From an uncultured bacterium (GTDB lineage Bacteria; Patescibacteriota; Minisyncoccia; UBA6257; UBA9933), in assembly GCA_913009635.1 (NCBI GenBank), contig CAJVXI010000001.1, forward strand, positions 2,915 through 66,914: a stretch of 64,000 nt of DNA, written 5' to 3'. The translations under genes and the position numbers were made by a program. This document shows positions 28,852 to 37,197 of this stretch, piece by piece (position 1 is the stretch's first letter; each line of letters starts with the position of its first letter). The notes under the pieces were generated by a model. It had not been told where the DNA came from and searched no databases. It was given only the letters and a program-made list of their open reading frames with translations.

Positions 28852-30501
28852 TTATCCTTCCAACGCTTTCTTAATACTTTCTTTTAGTCCCTCAATATCT
28901 GGGGATTTTTTTTCAGATGGTTCTTTTTTATATTGCCTTTCTTGTTGAGTCGGTTCTTGCGTTTTTGGCAATTCTTTTAAAGAGATAAATTTTTTTGGTT
29001 TGTTCTGATTTTGCTGAGGAGTTTCTTCTTTTTTAGCATTTTTTTCTTCTACGGTTTTCAGAATTGAAGTTTGTCTTTTTTGCGGTTCAAATTCTATGCC
29101 TATATCTCTTAAACTTTCAGCGTATTTAAATCTTGGCTCGGCTTCTTTTCGTGAAAATCTTTTTTTATCTTTATCTGGGAATTTACCTCTGGACATTGAT
29201 ATTCTAGAGCCCATAAATCCGCTCCATTGATTAATGTCCGCCTCTACTTTTTCTCGTGGCTGAGAATAACGCTCTCTTGATATTTTAATTACTTTTTCTT
29301 TATTATCGCTATGAGTAGCCATTGCAAACGGCGGTAAAGTAGAGGCAGAAAAAGGACGACTGGTTATTCCGTCAACCATTAATTTAAGATAGATATTATA
29401 GTTTGGCAGATTAATTATGTCTTGAGCATTAAATTCCGGCTCAAATTCTTTTTCAAGAAATTCCGCATCAGCTGCTCCGACTCTAAAAACGAGCATTGTG
29501 CCGACATTGCCAAAAATAGCATCTCTAACCTTAGTTGACGTTTCGGTTAATAATTGGCCAACGTATTGGTGGGCAATAGTAATGTTAAGCCGATATTTCC
29601 TGGCTTCTGAAAGAATGCCGGCAAATGACTCTGTAACAAAGTTTTGGAATTCATCGACATATAAGTAAAAATCTTTTCTTTCTGTTTCCTGAATTCTTAC
29701 TCTTTCCATTGCCGCTAATTGAATTTTAGTAATAAGCATTGCTCCTAAAAGCGCGGAATTATCTTCGCCGATTCTTCCTTTTGACACGTTAATAAGCAGA
29801 ATTTTTTCTTCATTCATTATTTTTTGGATATTAATAGTGCTTTTGGTTTGTCCTACCACGTTTCTAATAAGAGGCGTTGATAAAAATTGGCCTACTTTAT
29901 TTTGAATAGGCACAATAGCTTCATTTCTGAATTGGTCTCGCCAGCCCTCATATTCGTGAATCCAAAATGATTTAACAATTGGGTCTTTGATATTAGCGAC
30001 TATTTGTTGACGGTAATCTTTATCAACTAAAATTTTAGGAACACCCAAGAGAGTAGTACCTGGAGTGTCAAGAAGAGCAAGTATGCAATTGCTTAAAATA
30101 TATTCCATTCGCGCTGACCAAACTCCAGCCCAAATTTTAGTAAAAATTCCCATTAAATCCGAGACAACCAAATGTTTATATTTAGGGTCAGGAACTTCTA
30201 AAATATTAAAACCAATAGGATAATCCATATCAGCCGGATTAAAATAAATAACATCATTAATCCGGTTTTCAGGTATTTTATCAATAATACTTTCAACAAA
30301 TTCACCATGCGGGTCAACAATACAGATACCTTTGCCGTTCATAACGTCTTGGATGGCTAAATTAGCCAATAGAACACTTTTTCCGGTTCCGGTTTTTCCG
30401 ATGACGTATATATGCTGCCTGCGGTCAGCTTGTTTGATGCCAAAAGTTTTTTCTTGATTCCTAAAGTTTGTTTTAGCGAATAGAGTTATCTGATTCGTCA
30501 T
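28852..30501 (-). CDS. VirD4/TraG/HerA-like P-loop ATPase (paralogue of 24775-26214)
   Basis: RRQHIYVIGKTGTGKS, DPHGE, YVDEFQNF, EARKYRL. Confidence 0.85.
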   Translation of the reverse strand: MTNQITLFAKTNFRNQEKTFGIKQADRRQHIYVIGKTGTGKSVLLANLAIQDVMNGKGICIVDPHGEFVESIIDKIPENRINDVIYFNPADMDYPIGFNILEVPDPKYKHLVVSDLMGIFTKIWAGVWSARMEYILSNCILALLDTPGTTLLGVPKILVDKDYRQQIVANIKDPIVKSFWIHEYEGWRDQFRNEAIVPIQNKVGQFLSTPLIRNVVGQTKSTINIQKIMNEEKILLINVSKGRIGEDNSALLGAMLITKIQLAAMERVRIQETERKDFYLYVDEFQNFVTESFAGILSEARKYRLNITIAHQYVGQLLTETSTKVRDAIFGNVGTMLVFRVGAADAEFLEKEFEPEFNAQDIINLPNYNIYLKLMVDGITSRPFSASTLPPFAMATHSDNKEKVIKISRERYSQPREKVEADINQWSGFMGSRISMSRGKFPDKDKKRFSRKEAEPRFKYAESLRDIGIEFEPQKRQTSILKTVEEKNAKKEETPQQNQNKPKKFISLKELPKTQEPTQQERQYKKEPSEKKSPDIEGLKESIKKALEG

Positions 30502-30531
30502 ATTGGCATAATTATACCATAAATTTAGTTG

Positions 30532-30560
30532 TTTACAATTAACGGGAAAATGGCTATATT
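30532..30560 (+). promoter_or_regulatory. Putative sigma70 promoter for efp
   Basis: TTTACA-N17-TATATT. Confidence 0.45.
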
Positions 30561-30565
30561 ATAAA

Positions 30566-30675
30566 GCGTGATATCAATATACGAATGCGTACTAATGATA
30601 CGAATAAATACTAATTCGTATCCATTAGTATAATTAGCATGAATTAGTATATTAGCATTACATTAAGCGAAACGT
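30566..30675. repeat. Hairpin element family A, short form
   Basis: Same termini as long form, internal units absent. Confidence 0.88.
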
Positions 30676-31248
30676 ATGTTGTCTTATACCGATTTAAAAT
30701 CAGGTGTTTATATAGTGGTTGATTCACAGCCTTATTTAGTGGTGGAGTCAGAGTTTGTGAGAATGCAGCAAAGAAAGCCAGTAATGAAAACGAAAATTAA
30801 GAATTTAATAACTGGCAAAACAGCAGAGAGGTCATTTCAGCCAAGTGACAATATTGAAGAAGCTGAACTTGAAAAGATGAAAGTAATTTTCATTTACGAG
30901 AGCCGCGGAGAATACTGGTTTAGCGAGCTAAACAATCCAAAGAATAGATTTTTATTAAAAGAAGAAGAAATTGGCGAATTAGCCAAGTTTTTAAAGCCAA
31001 ATTTGGAAATTACAGCATTAAAATTCAAAGACAAAATTATTAACATTGAATTGCCAATTAAGGTTGACTATAAAGTAGTTGAAGCGCCGCCTGCCATTAA
31101 GGGTGATACTGCGCAGGGCGGAACTAAAACCGCGGTTATTGAAACTGGTGTTAAAATTACTGTTCCGCTTTTTATTCAAGAAGAAGATATAATTCGTATT
31201 AATACTCAAACTGGTGAGTATGCGGAGAGAGTAGAGAAGGGATCGTAG
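30676..31248 (+). CDS. efp: Elongation factor P
   Basis: KIKNLITG, PAIKGDTAQGGTK, VPLFI, GEYAERV. Confidence 0.93.
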   Translation: MLSYTDLKSGVYIVVDSQPYLVVESEFVRMQQRKPVMKTKIKNLITGKTAERSFQPSDNIEEAELEKMKVIFIYESRGEYWFSELNNPKNRFLLKEEEIGELAKFLKPNLEITALKFKDKIINIELPIKVDYKVVEAPPAIKGDTAQGGTKTAVIETGVKITVPLFIQEEDIIRINTQTGEYAERVEKGS

Positions 31249-31473
31249 AAAATCTTTTCTTGCCAGCCAAGCTAAGTAAAAATCTTTTCTCGTTCGTAGT
31301 GCTACACCAAATGAAAATCTTACTTCGCTCATAACTAGAAAATACCACCCTGCTACGCGGGTACCCGGTATTTTCTCTATTCGCTCAGAGATTTTCTATT
31401 CGGCTCCGCAATACTCTCTGTGAAAAGATTTTTGCTTAGTTAGTTAACGGGCTGGCTACAAAAAGATTTTCTA
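31246..31473. repeat. Long nested inverted-repeat element (MITE-like or structured RNA)
   Basis: tagaaaatcttttcttgccagcc...ggctggctacaaaaagattttcta; termini shared with 8544-8794. Confidence 0.7.
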
Positions 31474-31502
31474 CTAGTCTTAATTGAGAAAAATAAGAAA
31501 AT

Positions 31503-31528
31503 AAAAAAGCCGGCTTTAGAGGTAGCCG
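31503..31528 (-). terminator. Intrinsic terminator (minus strand)
   Basis: gccggct-loop-agccggc followed by T run on the minus strand. Confidence 0.65.
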
Positions 31529-31700
31529 GCAACCTTTAATTTGTGGTGCTTACGCATTTCTTCTTCGTTCGAAGCACCAATTAACGAAGAATATCTCTGT
31601 CTAGTATACTCGCACGGCCGAGAAACGCCATTGTGCGATAATCTATATCTTTTGTATTGGATAACTCGCTGAGCGATTATTCAAGCAATTTCAGTGTACT
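31503..31700 (-). ncRNA. Candidate ~200-nt small RNA
   Basis: Lies between a minus-strand TTGACA-N16-TATACT and a terminator; internal hairpins; only very short ORFs. Confidence 0.4.
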
Positions 31701-31706
31701 ATTAAT

Positions 31707-31734
31707 AGTATACACATATTAAAACATTTGTCAA
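31707..31734 (-). promoter_or_regulatory. Putative sigma70 promoter (minus strand)
   Basis: Reverse complement TTGACA-N16-TATACT. Confidence 0.55.
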
Positions 31735-31800
31735 TAGTGCGCCAAAACATCTCATTTTTAGCCCAAATAAATCCCACACTTTTCATTCGAGAGGTGCGGG

Positions 31801-31833
31801 ATAAACGGCTCACACGGCGTGTGAGCCGTTTAT
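31801..31833. repeat. 33-bp palindrome, identical copy at 42080-42112
   Basis: ataaacggctcacacg-g-cgtgtgagccgtttat. Confidence 0.9.
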
Positions 31834-31980
31834 TTTCTAAATTTTCAATTTATCATAATTTAACGTAATCAAATTACGTTAAATTATTTAATACAAAGCG
31901 TCATTTGAATGACACTTTATTTATTGGTTAAGTTTGATAATTTGAGAAAAAAAATTTCTGATGATATAGTTTAGTTAATT

Positions 31981-33219
31981 ATGAAAGCAAAAGATAAAAA
32001 AATCGTATTCGTAGCGCTATCAGGCGGCGTTGATTCAAGTGTTGCGGCTTTATTATTAAAAAAACAGGGCTATTATGTAGTTGGTGTTTTTATGCGTTGT
32101 TGGAGAGATGAAAGCCCCGACGCTTCGGTCGGGGCAAGCTGTATGGAAAAAGATGCTGAAGATGCCAGAAAGGTGGCGGAAAAATTGGAAATTCCTTTTT
32201 ATGTTTGGGATTTTGAAAAAGAGTATAAGAAAAGAGTGGTTGATTATATGGTTAATGGTTATAAAAAAGGCATCACTCCTAATCCTGATGTAATGTGCAA
32301 TAAAGAAATCAAGTTTGGTTTGTTTTTGGAAAAAGCGCTGAAGATGGGAGCGGATTATGTGGCAACGGGACACTATGTCCGGCTTTACAGCGTTGTAAAT
32401 GTTCAAAATGTTGTAGATGTTGTAAATGAAAAACAATTACAACAAGCGAAGCGATCCAACAAGCGAAGCGATACAGCATTACAACTTTTTGAGGCTAAGG
32501 ACAAGAATAAAGACCAATCTTATTTTCTTTGGACCTTAACGCAAAAACAATTACAGCATTGCCTTTTTCCTATTGGTGATTATTTGAAGTCCGAAGTTCG
32601 GAAAATCGCTAAAAAAGCTGATTTATTAACAGCTGAGAAAAAGGATTCTCAGGGTATTTGTTTTTTGGGCAAAGTAACACTTGATGATTTTTTGGGTAAA
32701 TATATTCCTAAAAAGAAAGGGGATATTATTAATATTTCAGGGGAAAAAATCGGCGAACACAAAGGCGCTTATTTTTATACTATTGGCCAGCGGCGCGGAC
32801 TTGGAATTGGCGGCCGCCCAATAAAATTGGGCGAGTCTCGTCCCAAAGGGACGGGAGGCGCACCTTATTATGTCGTTGAAAAAGACGTTAAGAAAAACAT
32901 TATTAAAGTTGCCGAAGGAAAAAGCGAAGCGCTTTATAAAAAAGAAATTGAATTATCGGATGTTAATTTTATCAATCCTATAATTCATAATTCAAAATTC
33001 ATAATTCCAGTGTTGGCTCGGGTGCGTTATAGGCAGCCTTTAATAAAAGCCAAATTAGTAATTAGTAATCAGGAATTAGTAAATAGGAAAAACAAAAAGT
33101 CCCTAGTTACTAGTTACTATTTACTATTTACTGAGCCCATTAAATTCATCGCTCCTGGCCAGTCAGCAGTGTTTTATAGTTCAAAAGGTGAAATGTTGGG
33201 CGGAGGTGTGATAAAATAA
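31981..33219 (+). CDS. mnmA: tRNA-specific 2-thiouridylase MnmA with several repeat-derived insertions
   Basis: SGGVDS, TPNPDVMCN, ATGHY, KDQSYFL, KKDSQGICF, TIGQRRGL, APGQSAVFY. Confidence 0.96.
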   Translation: MKAKDKKIVFVALSGGVDSSVAALLLKKQGYYVVGVFMRCWRDESPDASVGASCMEKDAEDARKVAEKLEIPFYVWDFEKEYKKRVVDYMVNGYKKGITPNPDVMCNKEIKFGLFLEKALKMGADYVATGHYVRLYSVVNVQNVVDVVNEKQLQQAKRSNKRSDTALQLFEAKDKNKDQSYFLWTLTQKQLQHCLFPIGDYLKSEVRKIAKKADLLTAEKKDSQGICFLGKVTLDDFLGKYIPKKKGDIINISGEKIGEHKGAYFYTIGQRRGLGIGGRPIKLGESRPKGTGGAPYYVVEKDVKKNIIKVAEGKSEALYKKEIELSDVNFINPIIHNSKFIIPVLARVRYRQPLIKAKLVISNQELVNRKNKKSLVTSYYLLFTEPIKFIAPGQSAVFYSSKGEMLGGGVIK

Positions 33220-33223
33220 TATT

Positions 33224-33760
33224 ATGATTATTATTTTTACGGGAAACGGAAAAGGTAAAACAACTGCAGCATTGGGGCAGGCGATTCGTGCTTTGGGGCA
33301 GGAGAAGAAAGTTTTGATTATTCAGTTTATAAAAAATATTTCTAGCGGCGAACATAAATTTTTTTCCTCTTTCCTCTTTCCTCTTTCCTCTTTTAGAATC
33401 ATTAAAGGAGGTAAAGGGTTTGTAGGAATTTTAGGCGACAAGCTTCCATTTTCCGAACATAAAAAAGCCGCGCAAAAAATATTAAAATTAGCAGCCCAAA
33501 AAATTAATCCGCCAGCTGGCGGAAAAAAATACGATTTGATTGTTTTAGACGAAATAAACGTGGCTGTAAATTTGAAATTGTTAAGCGCTAAAAAAGTATT
33601 GGATATTTTAAAAAATTTTCCTAAAGACAAAGACATAATTTTAACTGGCCGTAGCGCGCCAAAAAGTTTTATAAAAATAGCTGATTTAGTGACTGAAATG
33701 AAAGAAGTTAAGCACCCGTTTAAAAAAGGCGTGAGGGCAAAAAAAGGAATTGAATTTTAA
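33224..33760 (+). CDS. btuR: Cob(I)alamin adenosyltransferase (BtuR/CobO type)
   Basis: FTGNGKGKTTAALG, IQFIK, VLDEI, ILTGR, ADLVTEM..VKHPF, GIEF. Confidence 0.9.
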   Translation: MIIIFTGNGKGKTTAALGQAIRALGQEKKVLIIQFIKNISSGEHKFFSSFLFPLSSFRIIKGGKGFVGILGDKLPFSEHKKAAQKILKLAAQKINPPAGGKKYDLIVLDEINVAVNLKLLSAKKVLDILKNFPKDKDIILTGRSAPKSFIKIADLVTEMKEVKHPFKKGVRAKKGIEF

Positions 33761-33782
33761 AGATTTTCTATAAATTTGGCAT

Positions 33783-35252
33783 ATGCGCATATATGATATT
33801 GCTTTTTATGTAGTTGTTTTCTTTTTGCTTGGAATATTGGCAGCGAGTTTAAAAATAGATTTTATAATTATTGTATTGGCTGCTGTTTTGGTGGCAGCCA
33901 TATTTTTATTTTCCACCTATTTTCAATCTTACGAGGTTCAACCTCGTAAGATTGAGAGAAAGCTTTTTTGGTTTGCTGGCTTGTCTTTATTTATTATTGT
34001 CGGCGCTCTCTATTATTTTGTGGATGATTATCGTTCCAGAAATATCAATATTACTTTTGATCAGAAAATAAGTTTTGAGGGGATAGTGACAAGAAATCCT
34101 GCGAGAGGCAATCAACAAAAATTAACAATTGAACTTCAACTGCCTTATTCTGGAAGAGTTTTGGTAAAACTTAAAAATTATCCGAGTTTTAATTATGGAG
34201 ATTTAATAAGTTTTGAAGGACAAATCAAAAAACCAGAAAAGGGCTCATATGCCAATTATTTAGCCAAGGATAAAATTTTCGGTACCATCAGTTATCCAAA
34301 AACTAATTTTATTAGTAGTGGTCACGGTTCAAAAATTAAATCAACACTTTTTTCTTTGAAAGAAAGAACAGTCAGTAATTTTCAGAAGGTTTTACCCGCG
34401 GAAAACGCCGCTTTTTTATCCGGAATTACTTTAGGTGAACGAGCCGAATTTTCCAAAGAATTCAAGGAAGCAATGAGTAAAAGCGGTACTACTCATCTGG
34501 TGGCGCTTTCAGGATACAATATTACTATTTTAGTGGTTGCTATCGCTTATATTTTGAGTTCTTTTGTATCACGCCGTTTAGTTTTTTGGTTAACGCTTCT
34601 TATAATAATTGGTTTTGTAATAATGACAGGTGCCGAGGCCTCAGTAGTGCGAGCAGCTGTAATGGGTGGAATTATTCTGTTAGCAAAGCGTGCTAACCGA
34701 CTTTATAGTTTTCGCAATGCTATTGCTATCGCTGGTTTTTTAATGGTTTTGGAAAATCCAAAAGTTTTGAGTTTTGATATTGGTTTTCAGCTCTCTTTTA
34801 TGGCTTTATTGGGTATAGTTTATTTGCGGCCGGCTATTCAAAAATTCTTTAAATTTAGCGAAAAGCCAGGATTTCTTTTATGGAAAGAAAATTTTTTAAC
34901 TACTTTCTCAGCTCAGTTATTTGTTTTGCCGCTGCTTGTTTTGTATTTTGGCAATTTTTCTCCAATATCTTTATTGTCCAATATTTTAATTCTTAGCGTT
35001 ATTCCCTTAACAATGACTTTGGGTTTTATTATCGGGTTCTTGGGATTTATTCATTATTATTTTTCCCTGATTTTTGGATGGCTCACCAACTTACTTTTAT
35101 CTTATGAGACATTTGTAATTAAGTTTTTGGGAGAGTTGAATATTTTACAAATTAATTCATTAAGTGTTCCTTTGGTAATTACTTATTATTTTATTTTAAT
35201 CGTTTTTATTTTGTATGCTCGCCGCCTTCCGAAGCCGCGCCAAAATTTTTAA
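33783..35252 (+). CDS. comEC: ComEC/Rec2 competence protein (OB plus membrane Competence domain)
   Basis: GTTHLVALSGYNI, SVVRAAVMG, GFQLSFMA. Confidence 0.92.
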   Translation: MRIYDIAFYVVVFFLLGILAASLKIDFIIIVLAAVLVAAIFLFSTYFQSYEVQPRKIERKLFWFAGLSLFIIVGALYYFVDDYRSRNINITFDQKISFEGIVTRNPARGNQQKLTIELQLPYSGRVLVKLKNYPSFNYGDLISFEGQIKKPEKGSYANYLAKDKIFGTISYPKTNFISSGHGSKIKSTLFSLKERTVSNFQKVLPAENAAFLSGITLGERAEFSKEFKEAMSKSGTTHLVALSGYNITILVVAIAYILSSFVSRRLVFWLTLLIIIGFVIMTGAEASVVRAAVMGGIILLAKRANRLYSFRNAIAIAGFLMVLENPKVLSFDIGFQLSFMALLGIVYLRPAIQKFFKFSEKPGFLLWKENFLTTFSAQLFVLPLLVLYFGNFSPISLLSNILILSVIPLTMTLGFIIGFLGFIHYYFSLIFGWLTNLLLSYETFVIKFLGELNILQINSLSVPLVITYYFILIVFILYARRLPKPRQNF

Positions 35253-35306
35253 AACATAATTAGTTAATGTATATAGCAATGTATGTTATGATTTGATTTT
35301 AACATA

Positions 35307-35337
35307 TCAATCAAATGACACTATGTCATTTGATTGA
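35307..35337. repeat. Palindrome (TGTCATTTGA core), related to 35887-35906 and 31900-31913
   Basis: tcaatcaaatgaca-cta-tgtcatttgattga. Confidence 0.7.
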
Positions 35338-35416
35338 CATATTGCTATGGTTGATAATAAAATATAAATAGAATTAAGATGAAATTAAAATTAGAAGCTA
35401 AAGATAAAAAATAAAA

Positions 35417-35803
35417 ATGGTTAATGTTAATAAAAAATATTTAGATAAAGAATTTAAGAAATCTATTTGGTATGCTTTTGTTAGCGAGCTTAAAAAAGCG
35501 AAAACCGAAAAAGAGATAAAGAAAATAATTGGCAAAATTATTACTCTTTCAGAGATGACGATGATTGAGAAACGATTAGGAATTTTAGCTTTACTTAAAA
35601 AAGGGTTTAATCAAAGAGAGATAGGAAGAATTCTTGATGCTGTGCCGGGTACGGTTAGATTTGTTAAAAGAGGATTAGATAGAACTTCGCGTAATTTACG
35701 GCCACATACACCATGGCCAAGCAAGAAAAAACGTCCAGTTTCAAATTCAAAATTTCCAGCTTATACAGGAAAAGGAAGATGGCGATTTTTGGATAATTAT
35801 TAA
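35417..35803 (+). CDS. TrpR/YerC-like helix-turn-helix protein
   Basis: T.SE..MIEKRL.I..LLKKG.NQREI...L....TV..VK. Confidence 0.7.
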   Translation: MVNVNKKYLDKEFKKSIWYAFVSELKKAKTEKEIKKIIGKIITLSEMTMIEKRLGILALLKKGFNQREIGRILDAVPGTVRFVKRGLDRTSRNLRPHTPWPSKKKRPVSNSKFPAYTGKGRWRFLDNY

Positions 35804-35886
35804 ATTTTTAGCCAAGAGTTTATTATTTTATAGGATGTGTTTTTTATGGGTATGTTTGTGTAAATATGTTGGTTAATTAATTTAAA

Positions 35887-35906
35887 TGTGTCATTCGAAT
35901 GACACA
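35887..35906. repeat. Perfect 20-bp palindrome
   Basis: tgtgtcattcgaatgacaca. Confidence 0.75.
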
Positions 35907-36012
35907 CTGAATTATTTTTTACATCAATTTATGTTAATTTTTACAATTATATTATTATATTAAGCTTATATATTATTATATTAACTTACAGTATATTGAT
36001 TAATTTACAATA

Positions 36013-36864
36013 ATGAAAATTGATAATTGGGTTATTTTGTTGGTTTTGTTTTTAATTCTTTTTGATGTTTTTGTTTGGAAGCAGGTTGTTTTTGACAGTC
36101 CGAATGAAAATCTGGAAGTTTATTTCTTGGAAGTTGGACAAGGCGACAGTGAATTGGTTTTTTTGCCGGGCGGGGTCAAAATCCTGATTGACGGAGGTCC
36201 TAATAGCAAAATTCTTGATGAATTATCGTCAATTTTAAGGCCAACTGACCGCTATATTGATTTAGCGGTTCTTTCTCATCCGGAGTTAGATCATTTTGGC
36301 GGTTTGATAGATGTTTTAAAAAGATATCAAATTGGCGCTTTTATTTTTAACGGTCGACGCGGCACAGCTCCAGCTTTCCATGATTTAGAGAAAATCATAA
36401 AAGAAAATAACATCGCAGCCGTTGTTCTTGGCGAAGGAGACGGCATTAAATATATTGAAAATCAGTTTAGTATTCTATCTCCATCAGAGGAATTTTTAAG
36501 CAGTTATGAATTAAATGACACGACTTTAGTAATGAAGTTTGAGAATGAAAGCGTTAAAATTTTATTTACCGGAGATATTGATAAGAAAATTGAATATTAT
36601 TTAATTGAAAAATACGACTTAAATGTTGATATTCTTAAGGTCGCTCATCATGGCTCAAGATTTTCTTCAAGTGAGGGGTTTATAAAAGAAACAAGCCCGA
36701 AAGTATCAGTTATTGAGGTTGGTAAGAATTCTTATGGTCATCCAACAAAGTATGTTTTAAATAAATTAGCTTCAATTGGTTCCCAGATTTTTCGTACTGA
36801 CAAAAACGGAACTGTGAAATTAGTAATAGACGCAGAAAATATAAGTATTTTTAATAAATATTAA
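36013..36864 (+). CDS. ComEC-type metallo-beta-lactamase fold nuclease (split C-terminal ComEC domain)
   Basis: VGQGDS, LIDGG, SHPELDHFGG, FTGD, LKVAHHGS, NSYGHP. Confidence 0.9.
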   Translation: MKIDNWVILLVLFLILFDVFVWKQVVFDSPNENLEVYFLEVGQGDSELVFLPGGVKILIDGGPNSKILDELSSILRPTDRYIDLAVLSHPELDHFGGLIDVLKRYQIGAFIFNGRRGTAPAFHDLEKIIKENNIAAVVLGEGDGIKYIENQFSILSPSEEFLSSYELNDTTLVMKFENESVKILFTGDIDKKIEYYLIEKYDLNVDILKVAHHGSRFSSSEGFIKETSPKVSVIEVGKNSYGHPTKYVLNKLASIGSQIFRTDKNGTVKLVIDAENISIFNKY

Positions 36865-36909
36865 TCTATGGACATTCGATGTCCTTAAATTAGAAAAGAA
36901 AATAAAACA

Positions 36910-36938
36910 TTGACAAGCCCTCTTTTATATGCTATAAA
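36910..36938 (+). promoter_or_regulatory. Putative sigma70 promoter
   Basis: TTGACA-N17-TATAAA with extended TG. Confidence 0.6.
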
Positions 36939-36989
36939 TAAATTTAATAGGAAATAGAAAATTAAAAAATAAATAAAGAGGGACAGGAG

Positions 36990-37142
36990 ATGAATACGAA
37001 TGAAAGAACGAAGTCGTTAATACCAGCATTAATCGTTGTTGCGGTTTGTTTGACAGTGGCTTTTATTGGAATGGTATCTGGCCGTGAAGTGTTAACCATA
37101 TCAGCTTTAGTTGGAGCATTGATGTCTTTGATATGGGCATAG
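36990..37142 (+). CDS. Small two-TM membrane protein, 50 aa (not in ORF track)
   Basis: MNTNERTKSLIPALIVVAVCLTVAFIGMVSGREVLTISALVGALMSLIWA; own promoter, purine-rich leader, terminator. Confidence 0.6.
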   Translation: MNTNERTKSLIPALIVVAVCLTVAFIGMVSGREVLTISALVGALMSLIWA

Positions 37143-37168
37143 ACAAAGATAACGGCCTAGAAAAATTT

Positions 37169-37197
37169 AAACGCTCAAGTATTATACTTGAGCGTTT
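37169..37197. terminator. Bidirectional intrinsic terminator
   Basis: aaacgctcaagta-tta-tacttgagcgttt between convergent genes. Confidence 0.75.

Noticed and set aside
35948-35986. Tandem ttatattattatattaa duplication
   Set aside because: Low-complexity AT sequence, not seen elsewhere in the window
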